A stretch of DNA of 56,294 bases, counting the filler, from Basidiobolus ranarum (lineage: Eukaryota): assembly GCA_040143965.1 (NCBI GenBank). It is 6 parts of 6 records of this genome, joined end to end, with 100 filler letters (N's around TTAATTAATTAA, not from the genome) between each part and the next. Parts side by side here need not be neighbours in the genome. Positions count along the whole stretch, not along the records: positions 47,016 to 56,294 come from JASJQH010007722.1; 5 more parts are not named here. The stretch is one strand, 5' to 3'. The notes below the pieces were generated by a model. That model was given only the letters and a program-made list of their open reading frames with translations. It did not search any database and was not told where the DNA came from. The translations under genes and the position numbers were made by a program. Of this stretch, positions 48,717-56,294 are shown piece after piece (the stretch's first letter is position 1; every line of letters begins with the position of its first letter).

Positions 48717-51700
48717 ACTGAAGTATTTTCAGTGGAATTAATGGAAACTATTTCCGTGGTAGACGAGAGTATGAAAGAATGTAGCTTCGAGGGCACCTCG
48801 AACGATATGTATAAACTAATCTAAAACCCAAGAATAAACCAAGCCTCCACCTATGAAGATGGATGAAAAAAAACAATAGATCTCTTGGGGGGGAGAAACA
48901 CCTATGAAAAGATACGATCTTAGATGTATGATGTTGAAGCGAAGAGAAATCATTGGGTTAAAAGCATAGTTTTTCACATAAATATTCGACAATATGTTTC
49001 AAATTCGATATTATAATTCATGATTGATTTACTTGGCTCAAATATCTTTACTCACATGGAGACTGGTTTTATTTGACCAATTAATAAGATTTTAAAATTA
49101 CAGACAATGTCTAGATTAGTAGTACCCTCGTTAATCTAATAGAAGACATGTGTTGAGGTGTATTTGAATATTATATAGTCGCATTTCATTTCCACTGTTT
49201 GAAAAATATGAGTAGAATGGTTTTTGGAAGATATAATTCATCGAACTTTTAACGATGATGCGGTTCGCTATAATCAGTAAGAAATGGGGGCAAGTTGTAT
49301 TTCCATGTGATATTCATACCTTCTGTGGTTTGTAGCCCCTACTTTACCCTAGAAATGATATTGGTATGGTATGCAGGAATCAGGCATTTAATATGTCTGA
49401 ATTTGCGGGGTTTTGAGTAGTTTGAAGGTAACTTGAGTTTCCTGATGTGTTCCTTATAAAAATGGTAAATCTAATGGAGTTTGTGGCCATGTGTAGCCGT
49501 AGTACGTCAGTCATTGGTGATGAACTGAGGAGGAGGGCAATTGAATATAAGATGGTGGCCAAAAAAGATACAAGAGGCTTCTGGTGGTAAAGATGGCTTG
49601 GGACATGAAGACCTCTATGGTGGAAATCTCTTGGCATTAAAATAGGACTAGCTTTATAAAATGGTTTGACGATCTTATAGTGTCAAGTAAACTGTGTGCT
49701 TGTCCCATGGCTTTCTAACACAGTAAGGGCAGATGTAAATGATATGACTTGCTTCATTCAAGAGGTGATCGACTATGCATTGTTAGTGTTAACGACATAT
49801 AATCTTGTCATAGAGTAACCTAGGTAAACATTGTCTTAGTTGGGAATAATGAACACTCCATCTCGAATCTCGATACCAGTCTATACAAGCTTTTCATTAA
49901 TCGCAAATGATACAAAATCGAGTAAGTTCGGGATCTTTCTGATAAACATTTGAAGAATAGGATAATGTTACACCAATTTTGCATATTAAATGAGTTCGGT
50001 TCCATTTTTTTTAGAAACTGACAGTGTATTAGTATGTTCTCTATGGGTATGTCAGTTTCAATCTAACATGTTATTGAACTTAGACCTGAGACTGGTAGAA
50101 CAATATTAATAGATCTCAAAGCAACACGGCATCGATTAAACGTAACTTTCAAATGATCCAAGAAATCCTACAACGAAATATCCGATTATTAGCAATTATT
50201 CGGCAAACAACCGAAATATCAACGGCGAATCAACCGGACGTTACTTTACAAGCCAAATACTATAAAATTACAAGTTGTTTGATTCCAGCCACATTCTTTT
50301 AATATATCTTATTACTTAATACCAAGCTTGCAATAAGATCGATCCAGAAGCCGAAATCTTCGCCTTAGACGCCGATACTAGTTGTTGCTTTGATCATGAA
50401 ACAACATTAATCGATTTTATTGTATGTCGGAACTGAGATTACTTCTAATAATGATTATTCCGAATATATATAATAGTGATAGCTCTCAGATACAATGCAA
50501 AGTACTTTGATTAATTAGAAAGCCATATGTAATATAGAAAACCACATAACAAATGATGTCAATTGTGAAGAAACCACAGTTTGCACATACGGGCAGTTGT
50601 AAATATTCGGAAATGTCATTCGGAGGTACTTACTTTCTAGCTGCTATCACAGTATTAACAAGAAAGTTGTCAAGACCTGAGTTGTCTAGCCTTCTGGAAA
50701 AGCTCAGTTTTGAGTGGATTGTCCATCAGAATGTTGGTTTTGGATTCACATTTTTTCAATAATACCTAATTTCCAGGAAGTACTTTTGGCTCTCTACATA
50801 GTTGCAGACAGTACTGCACCTATTTCAAAGTGCTGAATTTTGGAGTTACTTGTCTATATATCTAGACAAGACTTTTCTCACTAAGCTTCTAAAACTCACA
50901 TTCCTATGAAATGGGCATTGTCACAATATTCTTTGATAACTATTGCTTAATATAAAGAAGTATGACACTATAGAAACATATATGGCAAGCTGATCTTGCT
51001 TTTGCAAGTATTTTTTAGATTTAAGTCAACAGTGTTTTCAAAAGTGTGCGTATGGTAGTTGAAATAGCGATATTTTAACATAGGCCTTCATATAACCGAC
51101 CTGTATCCATTCTGGATACCTAGGTACTCTATATAGCTTTTTGAAGTTTGAGTAGACTTATAAGGTCACTGCGATACAACAAGCCGAGTAAACATATTGG
51201 TACTCAAATATATTGCCCAATATTGAACCACAAATATGTTGCTACTCATTGTGTATCATAGGCTAAAAGGGTTCATTCAGTATTCATGTGCAGAATAGAA
51301 TCTTCTATCGACCCTTCACTGTTCTCAGATGTGGGAGTATTAAAGGCTGGTTCCACTAACTTTTGATCACAGTATCAGTGATTTTGATAAAGACACAATC
51401 TATCTCACCACATTGTATGCAGTCTATTGAGCTGTGAGAGATATTCCCTTGACTAAAACCCGTTTTGATATATATTTTTGTTCTTAATAGAGAATCCGAA
51501 TGACTCTCCTGCAACTTTTATTTATGCTGACAGCATTTTTTCTCACGAGTATGCTGTAATTCATAAGACTTTTGGTTCAAGAAACTAGTTGATGAGCTAT
51601 TTTCAATGCGGACATGCTGCCCACAGAGCCTCTTCATACCTGTGAAGTATATGGGGAGCCTATCTAGCACAATATTTAGAAATATAGTCAAAAATGTATG

Positions 51701-52170
51701 GCTCTAGTACAAAAAACCGTCAAGCTCAAAGCTGATTCACTGACTGTGATCAATACAAAAGTAGGTAATGTCTCCAAGAGTGGTGGAATTGCTTTCATAA
51801 TATCTGTTGGATAATTAATCTTTGTTCAACATCTTAGTTCACTTTAGTTATGATACATATATTAGAAACAGAGAGCAAAATATCTATGGCCCCTATATTC
51901 TAATTAGGAATATCTCTATATCTATACAACCAGTATGTCTTATTACTCCCACTTATCTATTGTATCTTATTATAAAAACTTCTGAATATCTCAAACAATT
52001 GATTTACTTCTCTACTATATATGTCACCATATTCTTTTAAGAATAAAGTAACTAAAACACTATCATAAGTTTCCTCAAATATACAAAGTCTACCCCCATT
52101 ATGTCAAGATCCTCCAACAATATCATAGAGACTATTATTTGTGTTCTACTTAAGCTGAGTGACAAATATC

Positions 52171-52519
52171 TGTTGAGCTATTTTGGGAGTTAGTTGGAAG
52201 TGGTTTGGAAAACTAGAAGAATTGGAGGTTTCTACTTATTGATTTATTGAGTGGAAAGTTGACATTTATAGTTTTGTCAAGAGGGAAACAAATAAACAGG
52301 TAAAATGTGCTAAAAAAAGTCCCTGAAACATGTGTGCAAAGTATGGGGCTTCTAGCACAAGTTTGAAAAATCTATATATCGGAAAACCTCTAAGTTCGTA
52401 AAAATATTCTAGGTAAATTCCAATTTCTAATAGTGAGCGATATCTTAGTGAAATATGGAATAACTAAATACCAAGCTATATATGACTATATAGATATTTA
52501 GGCTATGCTAATTTCAACA
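52171..52519. mobile_element. Solo LTR (349 bp) with 5-bp target-site duplication ATATC
   Basis: Perfect inverted termini TGTTGA...TCAACA; ATATC at 52166-52170 and 52520-52524. Confidence 0.92.
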
Positions 52520-54788
52520 ATATCAAGTTAAATCATGGAGTGAATGCAGAGATGTTGACATTTAAAAAGGTGAATCCATTATGAGCAATATTGCAGAACA
52601 TCATAATTAACTAGGCATTTCAAGTTAGCTATTGAAAAGTAACTAACTGTTCTTGATGGTACCCAAAATACAGAGTGGTGCCTTTAGCTAAGATAGGAGT
52701 ACGGTTGATCGTTTGTGAATTTTTGTATGTGAAGTTACGTATAGTAAGACTTACAGTGATTTCATGGAGATCTTTAGCCAATTCGCGCAAGATATATAAC
52801 ACAGAAGCAGAAAATGAATCCAGTCCAGCAAGAGACTCATCTAAATTAAGATAATATACTAAGGAATAATTGACCCTGGTTCCCAAACTTTCGACTTCTC
52901 TATATCCAATATTCTTCTCAACCCTAATTTTGAATTAGGATATCTGGCCTGATGCGTTTCTCTTCAGGAGGAGGAGGGTATTCGGGAAGTCTCAAACAAG
53001 CGGGAATGCTGAGATTGATAGCTCGATAGGATAAACACACCACCGAACTTCTATATCTAAGGATAAGTATAGAGACTAGAAACCTGTTCAACTATCATTT
53101 ATCCACAGGCTTCTGAGTATAGGTTCATATACTACGTAAATTTCTCTACTCTTCCAAGATAATTGAGCCGATGAAAGCCAATGATATTGACGAGTAACAA
53201 TGCGTCTAATAGGCAGGATTAAATCGGTTAGTAGCGATTTGTCACTGTTCAGGCTCTAGCCTGGTCATAGTTTTGCCATTACTGATTGGCTTATACAATT
53301 GGACAAACATTGTTAATCAGCCCTGTAAATCCACAATCCGCATCTAAGCTCTTCTCATTATTCCTGATAACAAGTACCGATTTCAAAAAGGTTAAGAAAA
53401 ATGTGAATCTCCCACTCATTGGAACCATTTGCTACGTTGACACATTTTGAGGACTAAGGCCCAATACAAATCAATAAAACTCACTGAGAAATCATATTGA
53501 TGTGTTTTGTATTTCATCATTTGACGCGCACACGCTTTCGTGATACTATTAATGCATGTGTCACATTCGTTCCTAAAACCTCCAGAAAGAATGGTGAACC
53601 ATCTCATGTATATGAGCCCCAGAGTATCTAAAAAGAACCTCAACCGACTGAAGTGCCCTCCATAGCAATGTAGATAAAGAGAAACACTAAATCATCAGTT
53701 AAATATATCCGATCAACAGATTTCGTCTAATTTGCGATTGGAGATCATGACAACCGGCAAAAGATCTTGACAAATACCCCCATCTTCTATATGCACAGTA
53801 AACACAAAGGATGCACTTACGTGGTGCTAGAGGAGGTATGATATTTAAACTTATCGACGTGAAGTGTATCCAGTCCAGATTCCTAATCTCGTCTAGAGGA
53901 AATAGCTAACTATCATCAATATGTACGAGACTTATTTTCAAGTGACTCGAGATAGGAGAGTTAATTATACTATGTATGTGTATTTGGTTTGGGGTTTGAG
54001 AGGATTTACCAAGCAAAACATAGTATTGCTAAAATAGACATCAATTCTCTTCGGAATTTCTTTCCATTTATTCATTCATTTACCCTTGCCATATCAATTG
54101 TTACGATTTCCTGGAATTGTGTACGACAATTATTTTAATATTGTTAGTCTTATTGTTGACCAATTCTTTATCTTAAGCCCCAGGAGTGAAGTAATAGTAT
54201 GTTCTAACGGCTATTCCTCGAAGTTTCTCACACTTCGATTTCCTAGCTATCCCTCACAATAGCCATGTTGTAGATAGAGGAACTATGCATACCAGTCTAA
54301 CGTTCCATAATTGGCTAATCTGCGCTCATTAGGATATGAAATATCGATATGTTGAATAGATTTCTTTTAGTATCAAATTTTCATGTGGCAGAGCTTCGAG
54401 CAAATCAACTCGGTTTTAAATAAGGCTTCCATAGAAATTCTTTACGAATGATCCCATCTTCAAGCGTAAACATGTGCTTTCCTAATCTGGGTTGCGGAAG
54501 TCGATACCCAGATTACAACTAAAATTCATCGTTGAAGTATTTCCAAACGCGTCACAAACAATACCAAGTTTCTTGTTAAAGTATTGTCGCGTGTAGATAT
54601 TACTGTTCTTGAGGAGCCAAACACAATATTGACCAATGAACATATGCTTTTGTCTAGAGTATCAACATTCCATATTCGAAAGATTTAATTGATTACCCTA
54701 AGCCTCAATTTTACATGTCAGTTAGCGAGTATATATAGCACGAAATGGCTCTCCGAATTCACCATTCTTTGTCAAAGATAATATCCAA

Positions 54789-55446
54789 ATGCGTTCCACT
54801 ACCATTGTTGCCAGTATCATTGCTTTCTCAGTTGCCGCTGTCCAGGCAGCTGCTCCTGAGCACACTACCACTGCTGTGCACAGTACCACTGCTGAGCACA
54901 AACCTGTAGCCACACATGAGACCAAAAGCGAAATTCAATGTAACACCAACTGTACTTTGGTTAGTTCATATATATTATATAAATATCAAATTTGATAGTC
55001 ATTAATCTTTAATATAGACTGTCGGTAAGGAGGTTTTCGAGCACTTCACTATGACTCCAGGTCAATATTACGCTGAATCCCAAGGATTATATTGCAACAA
55101 AACCGACCCTAAGCATTCCGATTTCATGGACAAACTCGATGTTTGCTTGAAAAAGTGCCCTAAGGACGAACAATCCTTGCCTAAGGATGCCTGTGAAAGT
55201 TATAGCAAGACTGAGTCTGGTGCTCATTCCGTTGAAGACACTAAGACTACTGATTCTCATTCGTCTGAGGCCACTCCTACTGCATCTAAGTCCGATGACT
55301 CTAGTAAGTCCCATGACTCTACTTCAGCTACTGCCAGCAAAGATGATGATAAAGCAACCCACTCCCCCAAAAGTGCTGCTCCCATTGTTGGTGTCTCCAC
55401 CGTTTTAGCCACTCTTTGCGGAGTTGTTGCCTTGTTCGCTCTTTAA
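54789..55446 (+). CDS. Secreted, probably GPI-anchored protein with a 6-Cys domain and Ser/Thr stalk, 199 aa
   Basis: join(54789..54959,55018..55446); signal peptide; CNTNC..YCN..VCLKKCP..DAC; hydrophobic tail SAAPIVGVSTVLATLCGVVALFAL; TATA at ~54730. Confidence 0.88.
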
Positions 55447-56294
55447 GGCCCTGTTACAGAAATTTTGTTAAGAAATATCAATAGAGTTTTTTTGGATATG
55501 ATCCTTTGATACAAGTAACCTTGCTGATTCTTTTAATACTCTAGAATTAACTTGTTTTACATTGACTAATAGTTTTCAATAAATGAATAGCTAATAGAAT
55601 ATTTGTTCGTAAATCTAATGATGTATTCAGTGCTATGGGATGCATAATAACTAACCTTACCCTATAGCATTAGTGGCCAGTGATGTATTATAAACTAGTA
55701 AGGTCAAGAGCGAATGTAGTGACTGAGTCTTATTTTGAGTTGAACATAATTCGAAATATAGAAGAGCTGATGTGGGGATTTCCACTTCTTCCATGTATAT
55801 TGCTAGTCCAAAGCTTGTATAGTTCATTAATTCATTAATAAGAGCGAAATTAGTTAGTATTAAGCAATAAAAGGGTCGAGTAGGATTGTATAGTAATGAA
55901 TTTCTCCACCAATCCGACGAGTTTCTAAACCATCAAGTCTGAAATCAAATACATATTATGTTCTGGAATGTGCAATAAGGTTAAGGGATGTCTGAAGCTC
56001 TGGCACATCTACTATGGGCTGAGATGCTACTAATACAGCATTACAGACATGCGGTTACTTACGGACCAACATCAAGAGAGTTGTAAGAGTTGAGATTATC
56101 AACTCTCTGATAGGAATTGAATGATTTACGTGAAGGAGCCTGGTACTATCAAGATGGGCTTTCAATTAACCACCTTGTTTTTGTGTCTGTTGAGAGTGAA
56201 TGGTTCTCATTCCCTTGGAACGCAAGCTAACCTAAGTATTCGATCAGGTGTTTGGGAATGAGATGTTAGTATACGAGATGGGGGTGTTGCCGAT

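Noticed and set aside
48717..54788. Short ORFs (60-85 aa) in the long intergenic region of contig 6
   Set aside because: No recognisable motifs, splice-consistent extensions or coding-like composition; probably non-coding DNA or decayed repeats.

Overview
This is not one locus. It is six unrelated contigs of about 9.3 kb, sorted by size (9322, 9315, 9310, 9286, 9282 and 9279 nt) and joined by artificial 100-nt spacers (N44-TTAATTAATTAA-N44), so adjacency across spacers is meaningless. The DNA is AT-rich and eukaryotic, with short (~55-100 nt) GT-AG introns; gene content suggests an early-diverging fungus (inference). Contig 1 (1-9322) is a CpG-depleted graveyard of three decayed Ty1/copia copies. 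Contig 2 carries a complete ~13-exon COP1/RFWD2 orthologue head-to-head with an RWD-RBR (RNF14/Itt1-like) E3 ligase, plus a hypothetical gene and an NADP alcohol dehydrogenase. Contig 3 has the 3' end of a CD2AP/CIN85-like adaptor, a membrane protein, tRNA-Pro(CGG), a solo LTR, and a DUF1963/YwqG-like gene convergent with a putative His-Me-finger nuclease gene. Contig 4 has a ~2.3-kb tandem duplication with reciprocal loss (intact beta-carbonic anhydrase; pseudogenised bacterial-type guanine deaminase), importin gene fragments, a secreted Gly/Asp/Tyr/Lys block protein and tRNA-Thr(CGT). Contig 5 has RMT2 (partial), a TPT/Sly41-like transporter, a C2H2 transcription factor and a secreted DJ-1/PfpI gene (partial). 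Contig 6 has PRPP synthetase, a solo LTR with TSD and a GPI-anchored Cys-domain protein. All family calls were made by eye from manual translation and remembered motifs; no database searches were run.
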